IMG/VR virus record: IMGVR_UViG_3300012665_001205
Strand: one strand, 5' to 3'
Source of the DNA: an uncultured virus (IMG/VR IMGVR_UViG_3300012665_001205)
Taxonomy: Duplodnaviria > Heunggongvirae > Uroviricota > Caudoviricetes > Crassvirales
Length of the DNA stretch: 64,000 nucleotides
Shown here: in pieces, positions 57,001 to 64,000 of the stretch
Layout: every line of letters begins with the position of its first letter
Numbering within the stretch: the first letter of the stretch is position 1
Notes under the pieces: model-generated
Databases searched by the model: none
Told to the model about the DNA's origin: nothing
What the model saw: only the letters and a program-made list of their open reading frames with translations
Made by a program: the position numbers and the translations under genes

Positions 57001-60000
57001 GTCCACGATAGAGCAAAGAAATTAATGGATGATCCTGAGTGGACTCAGGTTGGCATGAATCCGTTCAGACATAGTTACTTCTATGATAAGACTGATGGCA
57101 TGCCAGTTGCAACAGCAGATGAAGTGGTTCAAGTAGGAGCATTAGTATTAGCAAAAAATGCTAAGAAAGTACTTCCATCTGATCCAATGTTTACCACTAA
57201 GTCAGCTGAAGGTCTTGAAATTCAATTTCAAAAACAACTACCAGCCAGAGTTAACGAACAGGTAAACAACATAATCGCTGAGCAGAAAGCACTTGGCACC
57301 AAGCCAGTAGAGATAGCTAGAGAGGCCGCTAAGTACGTTAAGACTACTGACGCATATAAGAAGCTTGGAGACAGAGACAAGGCTAAGGTTTTATCTGGTG
57401 TCAAGAGATTGTCTGGAATGAGAGTTAAAGTTACTGTTGATGAATATGCCACACTTAAGGATCAGATAAGACTAGAAGAAAAAGCTGCTAAAGGAGCTAT
57501 TTTTGATCAAAAGAAATCTTTGAACAATCTTATTAACTCAGTTAGAGCATTGGCTAAAGCTGGTAAGATAAGCACATTCAGAGCTGGTGTCATCATCAGT
57601 AGAATAGCAAAGACAAATTTAAAAAGCCCTGAGTCTGTAAATAAGACTTTAAACTACGTTGCAGATATATTTGACAACGCAAACCTAGCTATGAAGATCA
57701 GCAGAGCTAGATCTTTGGTTAAGAATGCCAAGAGAAATATTAACTCAAAGATTGGCCAGAACCCTGACTTGTTTAATGCTGGAAAGATACTGGTTTCAAT
57801 AGATCCTTCATTTATACCAACGCCAATGATCGATGACTACTTAGACATCATGGAGGTTATTGGAGAGAGAGCTAGAGTTCTATCAATTAAAGACTCTGGA
57901 GAGCTTACAGCTAAGATGAATGTCATTATAAACGCTGTGATTAATGAGTCTGAAGATGTAGTTAATTCTGCCGAGCAGGAGAAGATTAGAATGACTCCAG
58001 AAGAAAGCGTTGTGGCTGCACAATCATTAATCGATCAGATCAAAGCAGATAAGTTAGATACCTCTAACATTATTGATGTAAATGATGCTGCCGTGGCTAG
58101 AAAAATTGCATCTATCACAGAAAAAGATATGATGGATTTACTGTCAATAGATAAGGATGGAATCACAGACTTCTCTAAGCTAAACCTGTTACTTGGAATT
58201 AGGGAAAACATTAAAGCTGGAATCGTAACACACGAAGCAATGCTTATGGCTACAGCTGTAGCACAGAACAGAAACGTAGACAAATTGTCTACAGTTGTAG
58301 GAAAGGTAACTGGGCCTAAGATTCTTAATGGTGTAACTAGAACTATCTCTAAGATTAAAGGAGCTATAACAGGTAAGTCTGGAGTTCTTGAAGCTATTAG
58401 ATCTACACCTCTAGAATTTATAGATGACGTTATTGGTAACTTTAACGATAAGACAATCTATAACCTAACATTCGGTATACTTGGATCTCCAAAGGGAAGA
58501 CTAGACGCAAGACTAGCAGACCTATCTGCTAAGGCAGATGCGGCAGAGAAGTTACTACAGAGTGCTGGTAGAACAGATAACGCTGTTGTTGAGGCTAAGT
58601 ACAAGATCATGGCACTACAGTTGCAGAGAGAGTTTGATTCAAACCCAGGAAGCCCATCTGTGGCTCCTGCTATTGAGTTTATTGACGCAACACTTAGAGC
58701 TATATCTAGAAAAGAGTCTTCACTTACAAATAATGACGCAAGGATACTTGAGAAGATCAAAAAGGACTTTGGAGTTAAAGATGCAGATGGAAATCAAACT
58801 CTAAATACTAAAGCCATTGAAAATTCTTTGAAAGAGAATGACAAGAAAGCTATGTCTTTGATTGATGAGATCAACGCTGCTCAAGCATCTGAGGCACTGT
58901 TTACAAGTTCTGTAATTAGAGGTGCTAGAGTTAACATTATTAACAACTACGTACACCACGCTGTCCTTAGCAAAAATCAATCTTTGGAGGCTGAGTCACT
59001 TATAAATAAACTGTTAGGTAGAGGTGTAAATGGTAAGCCATCCACTAAGGCTGGCACATTGAACGAAAGAACTCCTGGGGCTAAGGCAATTATGTTTGAC
59101 CCAGTGTCAGCGTCAATGAGAGGTGCTAGAGAAACCCTAACAGACTTCTACATGACTCCAGCAATTAGAGAGGTTACAGGATCACTTAATAAGCTTAAGG
59201 ATAAGGTGTTTGACGATCCAAATTCAACTCAGGATCAAAAGGATATTGCTCAGTCTCTGGTAGAATCTGTAGAGGAGGCGTTGGAAGTTACATTCCAAAA
59301 TCACTTTAGCTCAGACACTAACTTTGAGGCTTTAGTTAAGGCTATTCAAAAACTAGGGTACCAGACAACATTGGCTTCTATCCCAAGAGCTATTGCAGAA
59401 CTTTCATCTAACATGTCGTTCGCAATATTATCAGACCCAAAGACAACTACAGATGCATTGAAGCACACTAAGTTTGCTTTCTCTTCGGATATGCTAGGTT
59501 TCTTGGAGAAGATCGGTAGTGCTGAATCAACTAGACTTGCAGGAACTCAGATCCTAACTGGTAAGTATGCTGAGGGTGGGTTTGCATCTGGATATGGAAG
59601 AACAAGTAAGTCCGCAGCATCATCTAAGATAATGGACTACGCATCATTCATAACTAGAATGTCTATCGGTAAACTATACAGAGTTGCTGACGTAACTTCA
59701 GATCTATTGATATCTACACCAGATAAGGTGGTATCAAAGGCTTACTATGTTGCTGACTTTGTAAACAACTTTGAGAAGGAGACTGGAATAAAGTTAACTG
59801 AAAGCGATCTAAGAAAGATATCAGACGGGACATCTGAGTACTTGTCTCCAGAGTATGAGACAGCACTACAGAAGGCACGACAAAAAGCAGACTCAGACAT
59901 TGTTCGAATGGCCGCTTCTGGAAATTCGTTCAACACAATTCTTAAGAACGTGCCAAGAAAGAAAGATGCCGCAATGATGTCAGCATACAGAGCGATAAAC

Positions 60001-60852
60001 TCTTTCATGTCTAGGTTCTATTTAACTGAATACGGAACATTAAGATCTGCCGTGATAGCATTGTTCAAGAGTGGACAGATAGATAAGAAGGCCGCAACAG
60101 CTATAATTGCAGCATCTGTAACCAGAATGAGCATGTATGTTGTTGCATATTCATTATTAAGTTCTATCTTTGACTCAATTATCGGAGAAGCACTTGATTT
60201 GGAGGGAGAAGATGAAGACGATGAGGATCTAATGACCAAAGCAAAGAGAAGCATGGTAGGAACTGGAGTTGGTGTTCTAAGTAGAAGAACTCTAGGAAAC
60301 ATTGGTTATACTCCAGTAGCGTATGCTATCGAGCAACTAAATGCTGATCTTGGTGAAGATTTCGGACTAAGAGATGGCGAGTATGATCCTTTCAAGAATT
60401 CATTGGTTTATTCTAAGGTTTCTGAGTCAGACTTGAAAACAAAGAGCCCTTACGAAGTTCTTGGCAAGGCTTTTGCTGGTCCTTATGCTCCAGCACTATC
60501 AAGCATAGCAAGAACTGCAACTCTATATGGCAGAGCTACTAAAGAAGGATCTAAGCCAGAAACTCAAAAGAGAGCAATGGATGAGCTAGAAAGCAGAATG
60601 GCACTAGAGGCAGTAGGTAATCTTGGACTGATTCCTCTGTACAAGGACGTTAGAAGAATCATGATGAGTGACTTTTACGCAAGAAATTACGATAAAAAAG
60701 AGTCTCCTTCTTTCACTATCACTCAAAAACAAATAGATTTGATACGTAAATCAAACCCTACGGCAGCGAGACAGCTTCAGTCTATATATGATATGCAGAA
60801 AGCTCAAGAGAAAAAGGTGAGAGATTTAAAAGAAAAGTTAGAAAAGAAATAA
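51088..60852 (+). CDS. Giant polyvalent virion/ejection protein, 3254 aa
   Basis: Gly/Ala hydrophobic region, zincin motif HEVWH...EEYLAE, candidate ART-like, SAM-lyase-like and HhH-like domains, long helical C-terminus. Confidence 0.8.
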   Translation: MNEQVIDDLFNQAVSKGYKKSREEFVNLLHTNDAVLNDMYSYVQSKGYQKGIEDFNGLVGKKKGVTGSSTVDGTLALPSGEKDTALERTFGKNPVTDFFGDIYRSYEAGSSKVENIDPTMNIFGKKASEIDDESLKAFVESANKLSKTPVTDEMRQYQKDVNEAGGGFLNSIIQAVKNPGIIPQLVVDSFSMMVPITDEGVSSYALAGAAAGAGTGAGVGAGVGALGGPLAPISVTAGAAAGGLRGLMAGMSATTEVALSYGQYLQEEAQKRGLEFNEQNVKKLLEDQAVVDGATNRALSRGATIGLVDVVTSGFAGKALGATKAAVKGTTGKVLGTGAALTVESVGEGAGEGAAQVVSGQEVSGEEIALEMLGGVGGGVFNVAVENLVGTEKIGRYKINGEEVSKNRLNRFLQTATPDEVAKTNIEITDDNDVLAVAEDKKKEALLAGQIDPAVTDETDKSRLVKLEKERAKLKGLDTKSAQNRVKAIDEEIDSITGKYTLEEKPAAETIEYKIDGSKMDRARFVAAVDEAKNEEALNELETTDPEVQKVIDAKRAQLTGKPVAEPKAVTQQNQEKINDIEKRRQEELNTYDEEGLNEIYAINNDQTIGEFINAKYDAELAAIEKTAPVEEVKPVTINVADKYTVDEVDRVKTLPIENEDGATMNLDGTKYEKGGVVIPLASRNLPISELTPEKIDEFVKENSESIGSDMVKVGIYKFPNSDQASIDINIVADRSRRDEAIEIARELGQESIFDLDTFENIKTGADGKNPKVLTPKEFLAIQDRLSRPKQTEVTVTPETSSNYANMTEDNEGNFVFFHVGKKGYGTIKKGTGATAVTSREEASALSKVGGLAMYYTAPEQTERQSADGAKYAVKVPKEKVYDFNTDKLNLIDEARQRHESENPGKAFDTNSQIAYVTKIAGEKGFDMVVAEWAGGTRAQTTKELTPVDVQESTGNVIEKNFDNQYESNKTKGFTPVVPKRKADKLQALYDKINEVRNAEKRYDNLYSLYTDSSKYTQEQITDLIEKSDLSQDIKNEYKEILGSKEETRRSEQKKAAPTNIEESIKNSAKTLQTSFPGVNVIVADNTEDAKNQIVEQLTPIVGEENAKTIADQVETARGQAVFYNGKPIAVVVNKEKAISNTAAHEVWHLILREAFGKDAKKFKSFQNAISRELKKSGYADVADYLDTFSAEYEGDAAYEEYLAELGGLLTTKGFDPKNLTAQEKSILEKIKEIINKFAKSIVGQDVFLKDAKPENILQFMISVSDLVAKGEDVRPAIGKTKAKKAKAKVDIVKQSTEAFSGKLGEMGISVGVTNSKTGKTKVTNFDVAKGLNEYYTKKYGTIAPGDFSQKAVDALADYASVEMLFAMSKFGDKSGKGWYTEDYSEALDILSSIDPDITKDPKIKAITTSIIAVASNSSGVYDNLTRVIYGISEYKKTGKIPLNVGTGKGQEAIATGIDRYNKVVEKLGNDPVRVEKFMSQIDKVSELKKKLVKEFDMKSWADAKKELATDPDWNDSETLPMSVLIFGPKIGAFWSNLSGLDGTPTIDRWCIRTIYRYKGDMRAKIPSSDMKSFMNENGINGASESDVISLAQEHSKMFKRILAGKGEYASLTKPERNELLKPYRKGDQIWTKAQGVVNDISEGIDDSIENKAKYGRDFRSFTKNVFEKARDIVVDKTGIKLSVSDVQAILWIYEKNLFGELGVKQREDSTYSSAANSIINKVKSGPLTVDMLKSGDLKALETEKISDDGPMGDIYTFGDKQFKSGLDSREKRSKESIEIAKQITTDKDAKPGFEATLAAINETIEDRKIWRKENKVNQKQKRNPIVEKAVKDYYNGLINQDQYIEIVRKNQPIKTFKSVPALPSVRDIVNSLDENKVATGIVGVTKNIEDGDKVASRLDIPAYEDFDTWVVSVHDGDKEGKSIAYGQTAVLKNVNFKTFPGPAIRIAMGTQSKSTIARIFGNWVNEDPEAVHDRAKKLMDDPEWTQVGMNPFRHSYFYDKTDGMPVATADEVVQVGALVLAKNAKKVLPSDPMFTTKSAEGLEIQFQKQLPARVNEQVNNIIAEQKALGTKPVEIAREAAKYVKTTDAYKKLGDRDKAKVLSGVKRLSGMRVKVTVDEYATLKDQIRLEEKAAKGAIFDQKKSLNNLINSVRALAKAGKISTFRAGVIISRIAKTNLKSPESVNKTLNYVADIFDNANLAMKISRARSLVKNAKRNINSKIGQNPDLFNAGKILVSIDPSFIPTPMIDDYLDIMEVIGERARVLSIKDSGELTAKMNVIINAVINESEDVVNSAEQEKIRMTPEESVVAAQSLIDQIKADKLDTSNIIDVNDAAVARKIASITEKDMMDLLSIDKDGITDFSKLNLLLGIRENIKAGIVTHEAMLMATAVAQNRNVDKLSTVVGKVTGPKILNGVTRTISKIKGAITGKSGVLEAIRSTPLEFIDDVIGNFNDKTIYNLTFGILGSPKGRLDARLADLSAKADAAEKLLQSAGRTDNAVVEAKYKIMALQLQREFDSNPGSPSVAPAIEFIDATLRAISRKESSLTNNDARILEKIKKDFGVKDADGNQTLNTKAIENSLKENDKKAMSLIDEINAAQASEALFTSSVIRGARVNIINNYVHHAVLSKNQSLEAESLINKLLGRGVNGKPSTKAGTLNERTPGAKAIMFDPVSASMRGARETLTDFYMTPAIREVTGSLNKLKDKVFDDPNSTQDQKDIAQSLVESVEEALEVTFQNHFSSDTNFEALVKAIQKLGYQTTLASIPRAIAELSSNMSFAILSDPKTTTDALKHTKFAFSSDMLGFLEKIGSAESTRLAGTQILTGKYAEGGFASGYGRTSKSAASSKIMDYASFITRMSIGKLYRVADVTSDLLISTPDKVVSKAYYVADFVNNFEKETGIKLTESDLRKISDGTSEYLSPEYETALQKARQKADSDIVRMAASGNSFNTILKNVPRKKDAAMMSAYRAINSFMSRFYLTEYGTLRSAVIALFKSGQIDKKAATAIIAASVTRMSMYVVAYSLLSSIFDSIIGEALDLEGEDEDDEDLMTKAKRSMVGTGVGVLSRRTLGNIGYTPVAYAIEQLNADLGEDFGLRDGEYDPFKNSLVYSKVSESDLKTKSPYEVLGKAFAGPYAPALSSIARTATLYGRATKEGSKPETQKRAMDELESRMALEAVGNLGLIPLYKDVRRIMMSDFYARNYDKKESPSFTITQKQIDLIRKSNPTAARQLQSIYDMQKAQEKKVRDLKEKLEKK

Positions 60853-60869
60853 ACCAAATCCAATTAATA

Positions 60870-61715
60870 ATGCAAATCAAAGTTCAAAATGACTCGTTTC
60901 TTGTAGAGGTACCTCTCAAGGATTCGGGAGATTACAAGAGCATCTTGTTCATTTCTGATCTACATTTCGATTCGAAGAAGTGCAACAGAAAGGCTCTTAA
61001 AGCTATGATGGATGAAGCGGTAGAGAGAAATTCCTCTATCGCCATCTTTGGAGACATCTTAGACATCATGGGAGCAAAGTTTGACCCAAGATCAAGTAAG
61101 GGTGACATTAGACCAGAGTACAGCACCAATAACTATTTTATGGACGTGTTGGATGACGCAGTAAGATTCTTTGGTCAGTACGCAGACAGGATCTTGTTCT
61201 TGTCTATGGGTAACCATGAGGACTCAGTAAAGAAGAGACACGAGTTTGATCTTCTTTCTATCATGTCCTATAAGTTAAAGCAAGAGTACAACTGGAAAGG
61301 TTTACTAGGACCTTATGAGGGATGGATTCTTTTCAGAGTATTGGAAGGTGCAACCAACATCAATAGAGGCACAGTAAAGGCTTACTACACGCATGGGGCT
61401 GGAGGTAACGCTCCAGTAACAAGAGGTGTTATTCAGAGCTCAAGAAGACAGGTACAGATTAGTGCAGACATGTTTATATCTGGACACATCCACACTCAGT
61501 TCTCATTCCCAATCCCACAGAGAATAGTTAACAGCCACGGTGTAGAAGAGATTAAGGACATCGTACACCTACAGCTAGGATGTTTCAAGGAGAGCCACAG
61601 AGGATCTTGGGAAGCACAGAGAGGATTCGGACCAGCAAACATTGGTGGCTACTGGGTTAAGTTTTTTGTGAAGGACAAGAAGCCTAGATTTATTGAAGAA
61701 AGAACTATTTACTAA
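60870..61715 (+). CDS. Calcineurin-like metallophosphoesterase
   Basis: SDLH, GDILD, GNHE, HG, GHIH motifs. Confidence 0.92.
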   Translation: MQIKVQNDSFLVEVPLKDSGDYKSILFISDLHFDSKKCNRKALKAMMDEAVERNSSIAIFGDILDIMGAKFDPRSSKGDIRPEYSTNNYFMDVLDDAVRFFGQYADRILFLSMGNHEDSVKKRHEFDLLSIMSYKLKQEYNWKGLLGPYEGWILFRVLEGATNINRGTVKAYYTHGAGGNAPVTRGVIQSSRRQVQISADMFISGHIHTQFSFPIPQRIVNSHGVEEIKDIVHLQLGCFKESHRGSWEAQRGFGPANIGGYWVKFFVKDKKPRFIEERTIY

Positions 61716-61957
61716 TGAAAGCAACAGCTAAGTATTACAAAGAGAACCCAGAGGCCAAGAATAAAAAGGCTAAGTACGACAAGGAGTACAACGAGAATAC
61801 CGTTTCCGATAGAGTAGAGAGAAACAGAGCCAGAAGAGAGGCGATGAAGAAGGGGAGAGTTAGGAAGGGAGATGGTATGGATGTTGACCATGTTGATGGG
61901 ATCAAATCAAAAAAGACCAAAGTAATGACAGCTTCAAAAAACAGAGCAAAGAAATGA
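61715..61957 (+). CDS. Small HNH-like basic protein
   Basis: RNRARR...GDGMDVDH...SKNR. Confidence 0.65.
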   Translation: MKATAKYYKENPEAKNKKAKYDKEYNENTVSDRVERNRARREAMKKGRVRKGDGMDVDHVDGIKSKKTKVMTASKNRAKK

Positions 61958-62205
61958 ACACGTATGAAAATCCATTTGCAGGAAGCACACTAAAAATATT
62001 GAGAGCTATTGATGAATCAAAGCTATCGATGTGTGCCATGCAAGACAAAATTAAATCAACTCCAATAGAGGAAGAAAATGAATTTTACACATTATTCAAT
62101 GATGGGACTCTTATCAAGCGAACAAGATCAAAGTTCCCAACAAGCGGATACCTTAAGGGAGAGCCTAGAATATCATTTACAGAGTACTACGGATTTTTAT
62201 ATTGA
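61954..62205 (+). CDS. Hypothetical protein
   Basis: ATGA-coupled ORF. Confidence 0.65.
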   Translation: MNTYENPFAGSTLKILRAIDESKLSMCAMQDKIKSTPIEEENEFYTLFNDGTLIKRTRSKFPTSGYLKGEPRISFTEYYGFLY

Positions 62206-62253
62206 CATTTTATTTTTTATTATCTTTGTATAAACCAAAAACAAAAAAAGAAA

Positions 62254-62544
62254 ATGGAGAAGTTTTTAAGTATCCCAGTAACAAATGAGCAGCGTCAGTT
62301 GATTTCTGCTACAGGCATTGTATTAATTGTGCAAGCGTCAACAACTACTGTAACTGTACACTACAAGTCTAGCACAGGAACTGATGTTTTGACAATTACT
62401 CACGCAACAGCAGCTGCTGGTAATGAGACTATGCGTGATGCTATTCAAGATGCTGTTGTCAGTGCATTGGCTACATCATGGACTAAAGTAGCGTTTGAGG
62501 TTAATAACCTACCGTTTGCTGTATCAGGTATTACAATTGCTTAA
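62254..62544 (+). CDS. Hypothetical protein in its own transcription unit, possibly structural
   Basis: TATCTTTG at 62221 and terminator at 62566. Confidence 0.7.
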   Translation: MEKFLSIPVTNEQRQLISATGIVLIVQASTTTVTVHYKSSTGTDVLTITHATAAAGNETMRDAIQDAVVSALATSWTKVAFEVNNLPFAVSGITIA

Positions 62545-62565
62545 TATTTCCTGATAGATAGTAAT

Positions 62566-62590
62566 AAAGCCCAGCAAACACTGGGCTTTT
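62566..62590 (+). terminator. Intrinsic terminator
   Basis: AAAGCCCAG-CAAACA-CTGGGCTTTT. Confidence 0.8.
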
Positions 62591-62620
62591 CTTATTACCT
62601 TTGCGTTTAAACTATTATTT

Positions 62621-62752
62621 ATGGCATCTAAAGGTAAGGCATCAGGGGAATCTAGAAAGATCTCATTTGGTAAGAAGAGAACAAGAGTAGCAAAAAAGAA
62701 CTATTCAAAGTACGAGGAAAAGCCAAAGAAGTACAGAGGTCAGGGCAGGTAA
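62621..62752 (+). CDS. 43-aa basic peptide ending YRGQGR (not in ORF track)
   Basis: MASKGKASGESRKISFGKKR...KKYRGQGR*; TACCTTTG at 62596. Confidence 0.7.
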   Translation: MASKGKASGESRKISFGKKRTRVAKKNYSKYEEKPKKYRGQGR

Positions 62753-63088
62753 TTACTTGTCTTCTAGTTTAATTTTTCCATCCAAGTACATTATAACAAG
62801 TTCACTGATCTCTGAGAACTTCTCTGGATCTTCTATAGAGAAAAGCTGATCAAACATATTTGTCACTGCAAAGAACCAATCTCTAGCAGGGCTATTGTCA
62901 ACGTAAGAGAATGACTTGCTTGATACTCTTTCGAAGTTAACTTTAAGATTTTTTAATTTAGTTTCTAGTGCTGGATCATAGACTTTTAGCGTACTTGTTT
63001 TAGACAACTGATCTAGCATAAGTTCGTTCAGTGCTTCGAACCTCATATAGCAGGTTACTTGGTCTTTTAATTTCTGAGGTACTTCCAT
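62753..63088 (-). CDS. Hypothetical protein
   Basis: Its stop abuts the convergent gene's stop. Confidence 0.7.
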   Translation of the reverse strand: MEVPQKLKDQVTCYMRFEALNELMLDQLSKTSTLKVYDPALETKLKNLKVNFERVSSKSFSYVDNSPARDWFFAVTNMFDQLFSIEDPEKFSEISELVIMYLDGKIKLEDK

Positions 63089-63089
63089 T

Positions 63090-63290
63090 AACTTATAGAT
63101 TTAAAATAGATTACAACTTGTAAACTTATAGGTGTTTATTCGGTAAAATTTCGAATTGTTTGTTACCTTTTTACATGAATCCGTAACAAATATTGACAAT
63201 ATTTGGGACAAGATTAGTCGCCAAAACTCACAATATTTGCGACATTTGGCACGATATAAATGCATGAATTTTTCCTAATTATGGCAGATT
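63090..63290. repeat. String of unrelated short palindromes
   Basis: TTACAA-C-TTGTAA, ATTCG-N9-CGAAT, TTTGTTAC-N16-GTAACAAA, AAATATTG-A-CAATATTT, GTCGC-N17-GCGAC. Confidence 0.7.
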
Positions 63291-63294
63291 CGCC

Positions 63295-63492
63295 TTATTT
63301 AGGTTTTACTATTTCTTTAAGCTGATCCAAAACACTTTGCGCATTAACTCCCCAGTACATTTCACACTTTCCATCCTTGATAGGAGGATCAATAAAATAG
63401 GATTGCCAATACTCATCAGGCTTAGCTGTGAAGCGGTAGCATTTTTCTCTCTGGGGACAATTTGTCCCTGGGCACATTGTTATGTCAGGCAT
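63295..63492 (-). CDS. Small Cys-rich protein
   Basis: Start moved to MPDITMC; C..CP....CYR...QSYF...C..YW. Confidence 0.75.
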   Translation of the reverse strand: MPDITMCPGTNCPQREKCYRFTAKPDEYWQSYFIDPPIKDGKCEMYWGVNAQSVLDQLKEIVKPK

Positions 63493-63700
63493 CTTTTCCG
63501 TAGTTTTCTTTGTAGTATTCTTCTGCATTCTTTTGACTTTCCCAATTAATTGTACCAAGCCAATAAGCTTCTTGAATCTGCTCCTTCTCCATCTCTTTGG
63601 CTTGGTCAAAACAACAAAGAAAATCACGAATTTCTTTTGAACTAATATTAAAAGCCATCACTTTTGATGATAAATAATCTACTGCTGTTTGTTTTTTCAT
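63485..63700 (-). CDS. Hypothetical protein (KQTAV...AKEMEKEQI type)
   Basis: MKKQTAVDYL, QAKEMEKEQI..AY, EEYYKENY. Confidence 0.75.
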   Translation of the reverse strand: MKKQTAVDYLSSKVMAFNISSKEIRDFLCCFDQAKEMEKEQIQEAYWLGTINWESQKNAEEYYKENYGKDA

Positions 63701-63834
63701 AATTATATGTAAATGGATCTTTTATTGCACTTTTGTCCGAGTTATACGTCAAAGCATATAAAAACAGATCTTAATGTACGAGATAGTTTACAATTTGATG
63801 TGTTTTTGTAAAATATAATTAACATTATTATTTT

Positions 63835-64000
63835 TCATTTATAGTATAGTAGTAATCAGATGAATCTTCTGCTACCCACCTATCTGAGAATGACTCAACT
63901 GAAATCAGCTCCTCATCTACCTTTATCTTGTAATCTGGAAAAGGTTTAGTTACCCAGTTCATATCCTTCCAGAAGATCCTGTTGTTAGGCATAGCTAGAA
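63835..64000 (-). CDS. Partial hypothetical protein (C-terminus)
   Basis: Open frame ...LAMPNNRIFWKD...DSSDYYYTIK* running in from the window edge. Confidence 0.6.

Noticed and set aside
51088..60852. crAss/N4-like virion RNA polymerase
   Set aside because: No DxDxD-type catalytic motif in a polymerase context was seen; the motifs fit a polyvalent protein instead.
15285..61920. Short antisense and alternate-frame ORFs inside groEL, fibres, TerL, portal, capsid and the giant gene
   Set aside because: Shadow ORFs of long, well-supported genes.
1..64000. Stop-codon reassignment
   Set aside because: Core genes are full length and tightly coupled under the standard code.
1..64000. Prophage or integration module
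   Set aside because: No integrase, att-like duplication or bacterial flanking genes seen.

Overview
This window is most of the genome of a lytic, podovirus-like dsDNA phage that very likely infects a Bacteroidota host: TAnnTTTG -7 promoter boxes sit before many operons, and translation leaders are A-rich. The gene order resembles GroEL-encoding Cellulophaga phi38:1-like phages (inference from remembered synteny; no search was run). Bases 1-13.65 kb carry a minus-strand early/replication arm: many tiny ORFs, Erf, a RecE-like exonuclease, a primase-helicase, a SNF2-like helicase and VRR-NUC. A 1.4 kb non-coding strand-switch region follows (13.65-15.06 kb). The plus-strand arm encodes GroEL, a PRTase-like gene, GroES, a cluster of Lys-rich mini-proteins, fibres, lysis genes, terminase, portal, scaffold, major capsid, tail proteins, ejection proteins, a 3254-aa polyvalent protein and a metallophosphoesterase. 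Minus-strand genes resume at about 62.75 kb. The most unusual signals are non-coding: (i) a 600-bp string of different operator-like motifs, each present twice, with similar palindrome strings near 63 kb; (ii) a repeated three-way-junction element with covarying stems in early leaders; (iii) a long structured leader with a boxA-like motif; (iv) two origin-like loci sharing exact 12-13-mers. No DNA polymerase, integrase, CRISPR array or virion RNA polymerase motif was recognised. All product calls are motif recognition by eye.
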